Shown: in pieces, positions 9,868 through 20,141 of the stretch
Position numbering within the stretch: position 1 is the first letter of the stretch
Layout: every line of letters begins with the position of its first letter
Source of the DNA: a virus
Lineage: Duplodnaviria > Caudoviricetes
IMG/VR virus record: IMGVR_UViG_3300037808_002146
Direction: 5' to 3' (one strand)
DNA length: 64,000 nt
Notes under the pieces: generated by a model
Database searches by the model: none
Told to the model about the DNA's origin: nothing
Seen by the model: the letters and a program-made list of their open reading frames with translations, nothing else
Translations under genes and position numbers: made by a program

Positions 9868-12216
9868 TTAATTTATTAAATTTCTCTTTGGCATTCCAAT
9901 TAAGCTTGCAATGTTTCTTAAAGTCTCTTCGTCATTTTCCATGACTAACTTATCATCAATTTGATATTTTAAAATAATATCATTTGCCCTATCGGGGTTA
10001 ATTATTTGCAAAAAATAGCTATTTGCCTCATTTCCGCCAAATTCAGCATCTATTCCGTTAACAATATTTTTGCTACGTTCACCAATTTTAACAGATTTAT
10101 AATCTGGTCTAAATCTCAAAACTGCTCTTTTATAATTAGATGCTCTAGCAACATCTTGAAATGCTTTTGTCTTTACGAAGTAATTTGGAAAAACTAAAGG
10201 AGCTCCAGGCGGAGATATTTGCTGAATTTTTAATTCATAAAGTTTACTATCTAGTCTGACTTTTATTTGGGAACTATAGTTCGACATTTGACCATGAGCA
10301 TCTATTGCGCAAACTGCATAAATGTACTCTGTATCTGGTTTGAAAGACTTATCTTTATACATAGTCTTACAATCGCTTGAGGATAGTCTTGTTATTTTAT
10401 TGCGCGTAGATGAATTGCTAGCATTGGCCGAGCTGCTAAAACGTTCATCGCTAGCGTGTCCAAATATTCTAGGTTTTATCTCTCTAGCGCTTTGATTTTC
10501 GTCAGTGATAGAGTAGTTAAAATCGTAAACTTTCAACAATTGAAAAGGTTCATAGATCGACTTTCTTCTAAATACTGCGAAGTATGTTACATCCCGTTGC
10601 TTATTTACTGGAAAAGCCCAATGTAGCGCCAAGCACCCATCTTCTCCAGTATAGTATTCATGGAATGCCCAAACATCTCTAGGATATGGCGGAGGTAACA
10701 CTTCCCTAGTTTCAACAGTCAGGAGCGTAGAATACGGGGAGTTCAAAAAATACTTAAAAGTAATTGCTTTTCTATTTTCACCTTCGTCAATAGGGACTGT
10801 TAAGTGAAACGAATAAACTGCCCTCACTGTATAATCATACTCTTTGTCATAGTTTACGGCTGCGTCTAAGTAACTAGTGACAACGCTGTCTCTACTGCAG
10901 GGAATAAAAATTAAAGGAAATTTTTCGGAATCGAAAGGCACTTCGTCTTCTTCCGGAGTTTCTGTCTCAACGCCGTCGATGGTTGTTGTTTTCTCTGTTT
11001 CTACTTTTTGGGTTTTTTCAATAACGAACCCGACTATCTTAAAGGTTAGATCATCGTCACCGGCAAACCTGTTTAATTCCTCTATTTCGTATGCTTTAGC
11101 ATTTTTGAAAATTGATTCCAAAGGACCAGACGTTAATCCAGTATTTTCAAAAACGTCATCAAAAGTAATGCTTTGAGATTCACGTTCTGGTCTATATCCA
11201 GCCTTTGTCAAAACTTCTTGCCAATATCTTACGTTTCTCATTCTAGTTTGCATATTCAAAAGTAGACCTGAGGATTTTGAAGACGCTCTTGATAAACTCC
11301 AAGCATAATCTGAATTTAAAACGATAGTGGTATCTTCTGGTATCACTTTATCGTGGATTGGCAAATTTAAGTCTTCCAATAAAGCGCTATCAACAACCTG
11401 GACTATCCCGGGGCTTTCGCTAGGATTTCCATTAGTGTTTTTAAAATTTTGATCCGCTGAATTTAAGTTTTGATTACTCATCATAGGCGCGTTGCCGCCG
11501 GAAGTAGCAGATTGGTTTGCGAAATTTTTATATTTTTTGTTAGGCTGAACTATAGAATCGTATAGAAACTGAAGTCTTGGTTGAAAAAAAGTAGAGTCTA
11601 CTTCTTCCGCAAACCAATTATTGGTTGATTTTCCATCTTCTCCAAAACTAAACATATCTAGATATTCGTTAGTTATTCCAACGTACTGTCGCTGTTGAAG
11701 CTCAAAACTCTCTCTAGTAAGGGGGCTAAAACGATGGCTATTCCCGAGGTTAGTTTGACCCACTCCGCCTAAGTAAGCAAAGGCATCTATATCACTTTGT
11801 GAAGCTATAGAATTTGAGTTTTCGAAACCTGGTGGCGGCTTCCAACATAATCTTATATATGAGGGGATTCTTTCATTCACTGTTCTATTAAAGTTATCAA
11901 AAGTCTCTGGATCTATTATTGTTTTTCCAGTAATATCTCTTATTGCGGAGTCTACGTCTACTCGCGGGTGGGTGAGGTTTCGATCTTTACCTGCAGGGAA
12001 AAAGTGGGGATTATTAAAACTGTACCTAGTTCTCTCTTCAAGCGTATAGAAATTATAGACATAAATATTTTCAAAATTCAAACTAGAAACTGACGGGTCT
12101 TCATCTTTTGCAAACGGAGATCTCCATTGAGGAGGCTTTGAAACCGCGATGACAACTGCTTTAGACAGTTTAGATTTCGAACCATCTGAATAGTTTAAAT
12201 TTTCTAAATTACTCAT
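9868..12216 (-). CDS. Hypothetical virion protein with fibronectin-III/Ig-like repeats, 782 aa
   Basis: FN3-like patterns YLDAAVNYDKEYDYTVRAVY, PPPYP...LHWAFP...YFAVFRRK and YKDKSFKPDTEYIYAVCAIDAHGQMSNYS. Start overlaps the upstream stop (TAATG). Confidence 0.6.
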   Translation of the reverse strand: MSNLENLNYSDGSKSKLSKAVVIAVSKPPQWRSPFAKDEDPSVSSLNFENIYVYNFYTLEERTRYSFNNPHFFPAGKDRNLTHPRVDVDSAIRDITGKTIIDPETFDNFNRTVNERIPSYIRLCWKPPPGFENSNSIASQSDIDAFAYLGGVGQTNLGNSHRFSPLTRESFELQQRQYVGITNEYLDMFSFGEDGKSTNNWFAEEVDSTFFQPRLQFLYDSIVQPNKKYKNFANQSATSGGNAPMMSNQNLNSADQNFKNTNGNPSESPGIVQVVDSALLEDLNLPIHDKVIPEDTTIVLNSDYAWSLSRASSKSSGLLLNMQTRMRNVRYWQEVLTKAGYRPERESQSITFDDVFENTGLTSGPLESIFKNAKAYEIEELNRFAGDDDLTFKIVGFVIEKTQKVETEKTTTIDGVETETPEEDEVPFDSEKFPLIFIPCSRDSVVTSYLDAAVNYDKEYDYTVRAVYSFHLTVPIDEGENRKAITFKYFLNSPYSTLLTVETREVLPPPYPRDVWAFHEYYTGEDGCLALHWAFPVNKQRDVTYFAVFRRKSIYEPFQLLKVYDFNYSITDENQSAREIKPRIFGHASDERFSSSANASNSSTRNKITRLSSSDCKTMYKDKSFKPDTEYIYAVCAIDAHGQMSNYSSQIKVRLDSKLYELKIQQISPPGAPLVFPNYFVKTKAFQDVARASNYKRAVLRFRPDYKSVKIGERSKNIVNGIDAEFGGNEANSYFLQIINPDRANDIILKYQIDDKLVMENDEETLRNIASLIGMPKRNLIN

Positions 12217-15200
12217 TACTCTTCTCCTTTACGACATATTGAAGCTCTCAAAGTTAGCGGGTAAAGAGCGCTTGTAGTAACCTTACCCTCATTGTCTTCA
12301 GTAGTATCCAAATACGGGAGGGAAGCGAGCAATTGCTTAAAGTAATCACCGGTGAGTGTGATAGTCCCGTTGTTGTTGCGAACATAATTTTCTCGTTCTA
12401 GCGTAGATAAATCTATGCTTTCACCAGAGAGCTCTGTTCTTATTTCCTGACTTATTTCAAAGTTGCTTAACTTATATGGTATACCAACTATTCTATCAAA
12501 CATAAACCCATTCCTAAATTCTTTCATTATATTAGAAGAATATTCATTTACTGCAGTTAATATCTCCGCGGCTGCTAAGCTGGTCTCCGTGATTGGTTTT
12601 GAAAACTTGTAAGGAAAAAACTTTGGGAAATCTCCATCCACATCGCTAACTACATCTGGGCTGAATAGCCCAAAACCAGATTCACCTGCAATCAGTGATG
12701 ATCGACCAAAACCGTCTTGGTGAATAATGGTACTAGACTGATCTATTGTCGTTTTTCTCTCGAAGAAATACTTTAATATATGACCAACACTAGAGAGGTT
12801 TTTTGATTCTTGGGCAACTTTAATTTGATCAAATAAAATCTTAGTATATTCATTTAAATACTCTTGATAGTTTCTCTCTTCAGGGAGCAAACCTTCTCCG
12901 CTACTAGAATCTAGAGAGTAATCTGAAATTGGTGGTGTTGTACCCCTTCTTGGAATCATGAAAGAAAAGAAGTCTAACCCTAAGACTTTGCTAGCGTAAG
13001 CTTTTAAAAATATATCCATTTTATTATATTTATCTTCTTGATCATTGCCTCCGAAACTAGGGCCTGCTCCTCTCGCGGTTTGGCCGTGTTTCACCGGTGA
13101 GATTAATCCATCCGTTAAGAGATTCTTTACCGTTGGCGAAATCATATGATTTTTGGAAAGGTAATCGTAATCGGACATGAGGGCATTCCCGTGAAGTGAC
13201 GGTGAATATATCCTCCATGGTTTTTGCCTAGAAAAATAGATAGGTTCTATATACTCAAATTTCAACCAGGGGCGAAAGAAATCAAAAAGTTCAAGTTTGA
13301 CTTGGAAATTCTCTAGCTTGTCAGTGTCTAGGGAGTCAGCACGGTCATTATATGTCTCTAATGGAGCGTCTAGAATCTTTTGTAATTCTCCGCTTTCTAT
13401 GCCTATGAAGCAAACTCGGGTAAAGTTAGAGTCTAAAGCAGCAGCTCCATAGACTTCAGGATCTGCGAACCCTCGTTCATAAACTTTCCATTTTTGAATT
13501 GGATGGGTTTGCTGAACTGCGAGTTGTCCCCTTATTTGATGCGGGGTTTGAATATCATATGGGGATAATTTAAAAGGAACTTGAATAGTCATGTCATTAG
13601 ATATTCTTAATCCCCTGCCCTTATGGTTAGCACTAAAAGTTTGATAGTCAAAACCAGAAGTCAGAGTGCCGTATTGTTCTTTATAGAGCCGGTAAATGCA
13701 ATCTAAGCTCGAGATAGTATCTGGAGTTACACCTAAGAAACCATTATTAGTAATAAATTCTTTTATTTCCCTAGATATGTTCGCTGAAGATGCTTTACCA
13801 ACGATAGAAGTTGAATTCGAATCGCGGAAACTACTATACGGACTGTAAACAGGCGGCTGCTTATTGGAGGCTAGGTCGCTGACCCCCGAGGGGGTACTTA
13901 AAAATTTATCAATGTTTTTGGTCATCGCAGTCATAGTTGCGGGGAACGCCTTAGCACATGTATCGGCATATTTTTCTTGTAAAGATACAAAATCTAAATA
14001 CTGGTTTTCTAAATGATAAATATCCATCACGGGTTCTTGCGTGAAATTACTTCCGGGATTGCTAAAATCATCAGAATGTCCCTTTATGTATCCCCAATTA
14101 ATATCAGCAAGGATGTCATACTCATCTCTGACTGTAGTAGTTTGAAAACTCATATCTAACTCTAGCGATGGGTATTGAATTCTCCAATCGTAAAAATAGG
14201 GAATATTGTGGGGTATTGTCCTTAACCATGCCTTTTGATTAGAATCCATATCTTCATCATGGAGGGTGATATATCTTTCAATAGAATATCTAACAGAGTT
14301 TAAAAAGCCAAGGGCTGCGGGGATTTCCGCAACCGCCATTTGCTCGCAGATTTCTCTAAAATGCAGGGACAAATCGGGTAATGTTATACCAAGAAAGTTT
14401 TCAGTAGTTATTGGCGTTGTTGGGTGTCTCCATGCCGAATCAGAATGAGATGCGACTGGGACATTTGTTAAAGCGTCGTGTAAGTGTTTTCCCCAATCAA
14501 AAGACGGAAGAAATGGAAGTTGTTCATTTGCAAAATAACCTTCAAAAGACAATTCAGATGTATCACGAATAATAGGACCTAGGTATTTAGGATCTAAGCG
14601 ATTGAATTTATATTGTAAACCAGTTACTACATCAGGCCTTAGAAAAATATATGCTAGTGCATCTGTATGCACGCCCAATAATGTATCTATAGGCCGAGCG
14701 GAGGGATGTTCGTGTTGATGAGATTCAATTCTCTCAGTGCTATAGTGGGTATAAGTCGAGCCACCATCATTTGATGCTAGATATACTTCTATTTTTATTT
14801 TTTCATCGCTCTTTATGGTTTTGTGCTTATTGGCGTGGAAAAACTCAGGTATAATAGGGATGCCTAGCGCTGTGTCTTGAATGATTCGATCGTCGGGGTT
14901 ATCGGGTATATATGAATAAGTCGTTCCAGATTTGAGTGATCCTAAGATAGCTTTTTGAGGTGAATTAGGCCATGATGATCGATCAGCATTTATTGGGGAA
15001 CTATCAGAAATACGATGATCCATGTTGGCACGATAATACGCTCCAGCGCTTGTCGATGTTTGGGCTCTATAAAAGTAATAATTTGACCATTCGTGAGGAT
15101 GACCAGCCGTTCGGTCTCTTGGGCTAGCCCAATCTTCTAGCCAATCTTGAATATCTTGCGAATAACCACGGCCAGAACCCTTATTCCAAACATAGGCTCC

Positions 15201-18200
15201 AGCGAGGTCAGAGATATCTTCTGGTCGAATTCCAGATCTAATTGAGTGTAAGTCAACTGGGGCGTTCGTTGTTGTCCCGGGACTATATACACGATAATCA
15301 TGATTACTCATGCTGCTATATTCAGACATAACTTTGCACAATACATCAAACTGCCAATTCCATGCTAGCTTTGCAGGGTGGTGAGAAGCATCTGTTTGCG
15401 GGACAGGAATTGGGCCGTGGATAGAATTCCGCATATGATTGCCCAAATCATTTAACTCAACTGTAGTAGTGTTGTCTCGATAGCCTGAATATGGACGCAG
15501 ACGGATTATCCCGGGATTTTCTGCTTTAGTTGGAACAGTGTTACCCTTGAAAAAAGTAGCTATTATACTAATCAAATCATTGTAGGAGCCATTTGTTGAA
15601 CCTAGCCCAGACTTGTCGGCAGGTATGACTCCGTTAATTTGTCCAGTATTTACATCTGTGTGCGCGGCTTTATACGCTTTCATAAATTGGTAAGAAGTCT
15701 TGCATACCGTGATCTCTAGAGTAACTTTCTTAATCTTTGCTTCTCGCGGGGGGTGCAAGGTATGAAGCACAAAAGCTGGGTTACTTTTGGACGCCTCGTG
15801 GAGAGCATCTATGGCCTCGTCAGTGGACGATGAATGATTTCGTTTATGTTGGCTGATTAGCTTATTGACCGCAGGAAATCTTTTAACTAATTTGCTATAT
15901 ATTTTCGGAGGTGTTGTTCCTAATCGCTGTTCATAAAACTTATTCAAATTTTCAAACCCAGTATCGGTAGAAATCAATAAATCTTTTTTTATTTTTTCTC
16001 TTTCTGGTCCATCAGGAAACTGATTTAAATTAGTGAGTTGGTGATCTTCCATTTCCACCCTAAAATTAGAGTCAAAATATTTATCATCAAAGCGAGTATT
16101 GTTATGTTGATTTATTCCTAAATTGTATACAAACCCAAAGCAAGAACGAGGTAATATCTCCAGAGATTTAAAAGGCGACCGCGGTCTCTGCGAGTTTTGT
16201 GCCTGCAAGCTAGATTGAGTTTCTTGGGCGTAATGTTTAATCCGACCGCGGTCGTCCTCCTTCGGTATAAGCGAGTCATAGTGAGATAAAGTTTCGGTAG
16301 ATATAATTTTAAGCGAGTGAATCTCACCTGTCGATGAAGATTTTTCTCTTAAACCAACGTAGCGTGCAACTGCAGCTTTACCGGTCGATGTACTTGGGTG
16401 TTGTCCGGACAGCAAGTCGACATCACCGGAGACGTGGTTTTCTTGAAATTTAGTCGCAAATCTAGAAAAATCAGAATCTATTGATAGATGAGGCAAAAAC
16501 CCTAGCTTCATAGCCTTAGCTAGAATGGTGAAGTCGGGGGCGCGACCATCCACAGTTTTTCTAGAAAATTTTAGTTTAAATTGTGGTTCTCTTGAAACCT
16601 CCATATCAGCTTTACTAAAGAAAACCGCAGCCCGGGCAGCTAAATCGCTTAAATCTTCAGTCAACTCTCTTTTTCTTTGCTGAGATTCTTCAAGAGTAGT
16701 AGCACCAAATGTTGTGTAATCTGCATGTGGAGAACCACCACTACCCTTACCACCAGAGTTAGGTGGAAGGTATTGATTTATAGTTGCAAATACTTCTCTG
16801 CTCGCAGCATTGAAACCATTAAGGTACGAAGCGTCTAATGGGCCGAGAAGATCAGGCGATTCCGTATAGACTCCGTCTTGCCACATGTCTTCTCTGTAAA
16901 CTGATTTGCTGAATTCAAACTTCATTTCAACATTGGGGAGAGAAGAAATTAAACTATCTGCAATTGTGCAATACTCCCAAACAACTTCAAATATTTCTTT
17001 TTGTGTCATATGGAGATGGCCAGAATCTAAAAGTCCGAGATAATTCAAAATTCCTATTTCATTTTTTTGAAACGAAGATTTAAATTGCTGTTCGAACATA
17101 TTTTCGCTAGAATCATCGGGAAAGCCATAAAATAATATTGCGCATATATTTTCTGCCAAAGATATTAAAATATTATCCCTTCTATCAAAATTTAATACTT
17201 TATCTCTGATTCCTTTTAGCGCTGAATCTTTAAAACTATTTGCTACAGGGTTTTCATCTGTCTCCATTAACATGCTAGCAAAACCGTTTGTAGTACGATT
17301 GTAGCCAGCTGCAATGCCTGTAATCCCGATTACTTCCCCAAATCGCGTTTCGAAAATTGGATCGCCTTGAGCATTATACCTTATTTGAGATTGCCTAGCC
17401 GATTTTCTGCCATATTCATGAAGCCTAGAATCATCATCGTCAAACAAAATTTCAGCTTGATTATTTTCAGCTCCGTTAGTCAAAAAGTCTCCGATAACCA
17501 AAGACCATTTATCTCTAGTGGCTGCTGGATTACTTTGCAAGAAAGATTTCACCGCAGCAGCGCGCTGGTGATTTGAATTTGATGAAGCTCCAGCTGCAGT
17601 AAGACGGCTAGCTACATCATTCAAAATTTCCCTATATTGATTTCGAGCTGAATCTATCAATCCGGGTAACGTGTTTACTCTTCGCTGCTGATCTTTTATG
17701 TTATCAAAAATTCCGTGTGTTGGACCGTCTCCCGAGTTAAAACACTCAGATTTCATATCCTCAACTAAGAAGCTGTTAACCCTTGATTTTGTTTCAAGAT
17801 CTATAGACGAAAAAGTATCGTTATCTCTCAGCGTAACCTGGGCTGCATCAAAAAAATCTCTAATATTAGGGAAACGCCCGGTGATTTCATCTTGCAAGTT
17901 CTCTTTAAACTGGCTATAAAGAGCGTCTGCGATTCTAGGAAATTTTTCCGTGTTAACACGATCTGGATTATCGGCATCAAACTGCATAAAATAGGGAGTT
18001 CTCATACTATTTCCTGATGTATCATAATCGGAAATTTGTAATAATATGCACCAGAATATGAATTCTTTCCGTTTGGCCGGAGAAACATACTGGACAAAAG
18101 TTGAATTAAGGAGACAAGATAATTCCTTAGAAACGCTATTTTCAGAGCCGCCTGTAAATTTGTTGAATATTTTTCCAGTTATTTCGTCAGTATTTGGATT

Positions 18201-20141
18201 TATAACGTTGTTTGCGACTAAATCACCAGAGTATTCGCCAGTCAAATCAAACTCGGCCGTGCTAGCAAAAGTCCCCGAATTCGAAATTTTTATCTCGTAG
18301 GTAGCGAGTGAGGCGATGTCGGTGTGATCAATAACTGAAACTTTCTCAAGTGCGGCGTTAGTAATAAATTGTCCAACGAGGCCGTGCGTTAGGTGAGCTA
18401 CAACGTTTCTATGATCAAGCAACAGTAAAGCATTTTTAGCATTGTAGTTAGATTCGCTGTTTATAGGACAAAGTTGCAGCTTTAAACTACTCATGAAGTT
18501 TTTTAATTGGTCCGGACCATAATCAAACGTGAATTTATTCATCCTTGTAAGATCATCCACGGGGAATGCGGCGTTGGGGTTAGAAATTCTAAAATCAACC
18601 AAATTTAAAAGAGTAGACTTCTTAAAGTCCATGGAGTCTTTCAAAGATAAAAAGTGAATTACTTTTTCGTCTTTTTTTATAAGGTGATCAGAAGTTAGAT
18701 AAGGCGATATTACGATAGAGTTTCTTTCATCTATCCTCAGTTTTCGACTCATTAGTTTTTCGATGTCGTCTTGGCTTGATTGATCTTGAAGATCAATAAC
18801 TGACTTGCCTTCTTCGCTTTTTAAGCCTTTTAAATAAACTCGTTTTTGTGGATTGTTTTTTAAAAAATAAGAATTTAAAAACATCCTTCTAATTTTGTGT
18901 GCCTTAACGTACACATTACTGCCGTGGTAGATTTTAATTTCTTGAATATCACCTCGATATACATCAAAACTGCCGAGACGTTGGGCGTTGATGGCGGTGG
19001 TGTCGTCGTAGAGATCATCATCCGAGCGATATGAAAACTTTTCGTCTTTTAAAAAAGTGCCAATGTGTCTAGAAGACTCTATTACTGATTTTATATATCC
19101 CTGCTCTGTTTGAGGGAAATCTAAAGCAAAGTGGGTGAAGTCGCGTTGTTGCGACGCGAATGATTTGTAAGAAAAGCCCTTAGCGATTCCAAAATTTTTG
19201 TAGAATTCATTTTTAGCGCTGAATTCATCATTAAATTGTTTGAGGAGATCATCATCGCCCATCGGGCCGACGTTTTCTGCTAAGGAATCCCCCTTGTCAT
19301 GTATGTTATTATAGGAAAGGTTGAGCGCGCCTTTTTCATGGAAAGGAGTGTGAGAAAAAACTGACTTAAGAAAATGTTCAGCTAAATAAATGTTTGCGTA
19401 ACCCTGCTTCAAATTTGAGACAACAATCGAATTCTCTAAACTTTTATATGATTGGCGTGTTGTGTCGTATATCATTCCCGGTCCAGGACCGGCTATTGAA
19501 ATTGTCATTTGGTCGGGATTTATAAGACGGTGCATTGCAGAGATTGCGTCGGGGGTGGAAGTGGCGATTGAGCCGGCGTGCTCAGGGCCAATTGCCATAT
19601 CGGCAAATAAGCAACCAGCAACCCATTCCCTCCACTCGCGTGCGTTTTCATTCCTGCACCAGATTCTCGCAGCACCGGATGACCGGTTTCTAGACTCTTC
19701 ATCCGGGACAGCGTCGGGGTCTAAGCTCATGTTTAGGGTTGCGTAATCAAAGTCTGCAAGAATGTGCACTGGTTTTCTAATATTTTGAAGTTTAAGAAAA
19801 TTAGATCCTTGATCCCCTTTTAGAAAATCAATCAAATTTGAATCTTCATAATTAGGGTTCCTATCAGAACCAGCAATCGAGTTGTTATGTGGGGCATCTA
19901 ATAACGTAGTTCTGACTTCATCTCCAGACAAAATTGTACCAATGAAATTGCCTAGTGGAATGTTACTTAGTATTGCTGCTTCAATCGGGGCAAAAGTAAA
20001 CTCCGTTATGTTTTGTGGGAAGCGGGTAAATGACCTAAAAGCGCTGGAGAATATACTAGAGCTTCGAGTTGATGCAGCTGCAGCTGTCAATGCGGAACTA
20101 GCATTTCCAGATAAGCTAGATAAACCTCTTATGATAGCCAT
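12216..20141 (-). CDS. Very large hypothetical protein, 2641 aa (probable virion component)
   Basis: Uninterrupted 7.9-kb ORF with AGGAGGT SD, coupled to neighbours on both sides. No domain recognised by eye. Confidence 0.6.
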   Translation of the reverse strand: MAIIRGLSSLSGNASSALTAAAASTRSSSIFSSAFRSFTRFPQNITEFTFAPIEAAILSNIPLGNFIGTILSGDEVRTTLLDAPHNNSIAGSDRNPNYEDSNLIDFLKGDQGSNFLKLQNIRKPVHILADFDYATLNMSLDPDAVPDEESRNRSSGAARIWCRNENAREWREWVAGCLFADMAIGPEHAGSIATSTPDAISAMHRLINPDQMTISIAGPGPGMIYDTTRQSYKSLENSIVVSNLKQGYANIYLAEHFLKSVFSHTPFHEKGALNLSYNNIHDKGDSLAENVGPMGDDDLLKQFNDEFSAKNEFYKNFGIAKGFSYKSFASQQRDFTHFALDFPQTEQGYIKSVIESSRHIGTFLKDEKFSYRSDDDLYDDTTAINAQRLGSFDVYRGDIQEIKIYHGSNVYVKAHKIRRMFLNSYFLKNNPQKRVYLKGLKSEEGKSVIDLQDQSSQDDIEKLMSRKLRIDERNSIVISPYLTSDHLIKKDEKVIHFLSLKDSMDFKKSTLLNLVDFRISNPNAAFPVDDLTRMNKFTFDYGPDQLKNFMSSLKLQLCPINSESNYNAKNALLLLDHRNVVAHLTHGLVGQFITNAALEKVSVIDHTDIASLATYEIKISNSGTFASTAEFDLTGEYSGDLVANNVINPNTDEITGKIFNKFTGGSENSVSKELSCLLNSTFVQYVSPAKRKEFIFWCILLQISDYDTSGNSMRTPYFMQFDADNPDRVNTEKFPRIADALYSQFKENLQDEITGRFPNIRDFFDAAQVTLRDNDTFSSIDLETKSRVNSFLVEDMKSECFNSGDGPTHGIFDNIKDQQRRVNTLPGLIDSARNQYREILNDVASRLTAAGASSNSNHQRAAAVKSFLQSNPAATRDKWSLVIGDFLTNGAENNQAEILFDDDDSRLHEYGRKSARQSQIRYNAQGDPIFETRFGEVIGITGIAAGYNRTTNGFASMLMETDENPVANSFKDSALKGIRDKVLNFDRRDNILISLAENICAILFYGFPDDSSENMFEQQFKSSFQKNEIGILNYLGLLDSGHLHMTQKEIFEVVWEYCTIADSLISSLPNVEMKFEFSKSVYREDMWQDGVYTESPDLLGPLDASYLNGFNAASREVFATINQYLPPNSGGKGSGGSPHADYTTFGATTLEESQQRKRELTEDLSDLAARAAVFFSKADMEVSREPQFKLKFSRKTVDGRAPDFTILAKAMKLGFLPHLSIDSDFSRFATKFQENHVSGDVDLLSGQHPSTSTGKAAVARYVGLREKSSSTGEIHSLKIISTETLSHYDSLIPKEDDRGRIKHYAQETQSSLQAQNSQRPRSPFKSLEILPRSCFGFVYNLGINQHNNTRFDDKYFDSNFRVEMEDHQLTNLNQFPDGPEREKIKKDLLISTDTGFENLNKFYEQRLGTTPPKIYSKLVKRFPAVNKLISQHKRNHSSSTDEAIDALHEASKSNPAFVLHTLHPPREAKIKKVTLEITVCKTSYQFMKAYKAAHTDVNTGQINGVIPADKSGLGSTNGSYNDLISIIATFFKGNTVPTKAENPGIIRLRPYSGYRDNTTTVELNDLGNHMRNSIHGPIPVPQTDASHHPAKLAWNWQFDVLCKVMSEYSSMSNHDYRVYSPGTTTNAPVDLHSIRSGIRPEDISDLAGAYVWNKGSGRGYSQDIQDWLEDWASPRDRTAGHPHEWSNYYFYRAQTSTSAGAYYRANMDHRISDSSPINADRSSWPNSPQKAILGSLKSGTTYSYIPDNPDDRIIQDTALGIPIIPEFFHANKHKTIKSDEKIKIEVYLASNDGGSTYTHYSTERIESHQHEHPSARPIDTLLGVHTDALAYIFLRPDVVTGLQYKFNRLDPKYLGPIIRDTSELSFEGYFANEQLPFLPSFDWGKHLHDALTNVPVASHSDSAWRHPTTPITTENFLGITLPDLSLHFREICEQMAVAEIPAALGFLNSVRYSIERYITLHDEDMDSNQKAWLRTIPHNIPYFYDWRIQYPSLELDMSFQTTTVRDEYDILADINWGYIKGHSDDFSNPGSNFTQEPVMDIYHLENQYLDFVSLQEKYADTCAKAFPATMTAMTKNIDKFLSTPSGVSDLASNKQPPVYSPYSSFRDSNSTSIVGKASSANISREIKEFITNNGFLGVTPDTISSLDCIYRLYKEQYGTLTSGFDYQTFSANHKGRGLRISNDMTIQVPFKLSPYDIQTPHQIRGQLAVQQTHPIQKWKVYERGFADPEVYGAAALDSNFTRVCFIGIESGELQKILDAPLETYNDRADSLDTDKLENFQVKLELFDFFRPWLKFEYIEPIYFSRQKPWRIYSPSLHGNALMSDYDYLSKNHMISPTVKNLLTDGLISPVKHGQTARGAGPSFGGNDQEDKYNKMDIFLKAYASKVLGLDFFSFMIPRRGTTPPISDYSLDSSSGEGLLPEERNYQEYLNEYTKILFDQIKVAQESKNLSSVGHILKYFFERKTTIDQSSTIIHQDGFGRSSLIAGESGFGLFSPDVVSDVDGDFPKFFPYKFSKPITETSLAAAEILTAVNEYSSNIMKEFRNGFMFDRIVGIPYKLSNFEISQEIRTELSGESIDLSTLERENYVRNNNGTITLTGDYFKQLLASLPYLDTTEDNEGKVTTSALYPLTLRASICRKGEE

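Noticed and set aside
16118-19702. Short alternative-frame minus-strand ORFs (16118..16327, 19520..19702)
   Set aside because: They sit inside the 2641-aa gene and have no motif or RBS support.
12216-20141. Tape measure protein call for the 2641-aa ORF
   Set aside because: It lacks the Ala/Gly/Leu-rich helical periodicity typical of tape measure proteins, so I left it unassigned.
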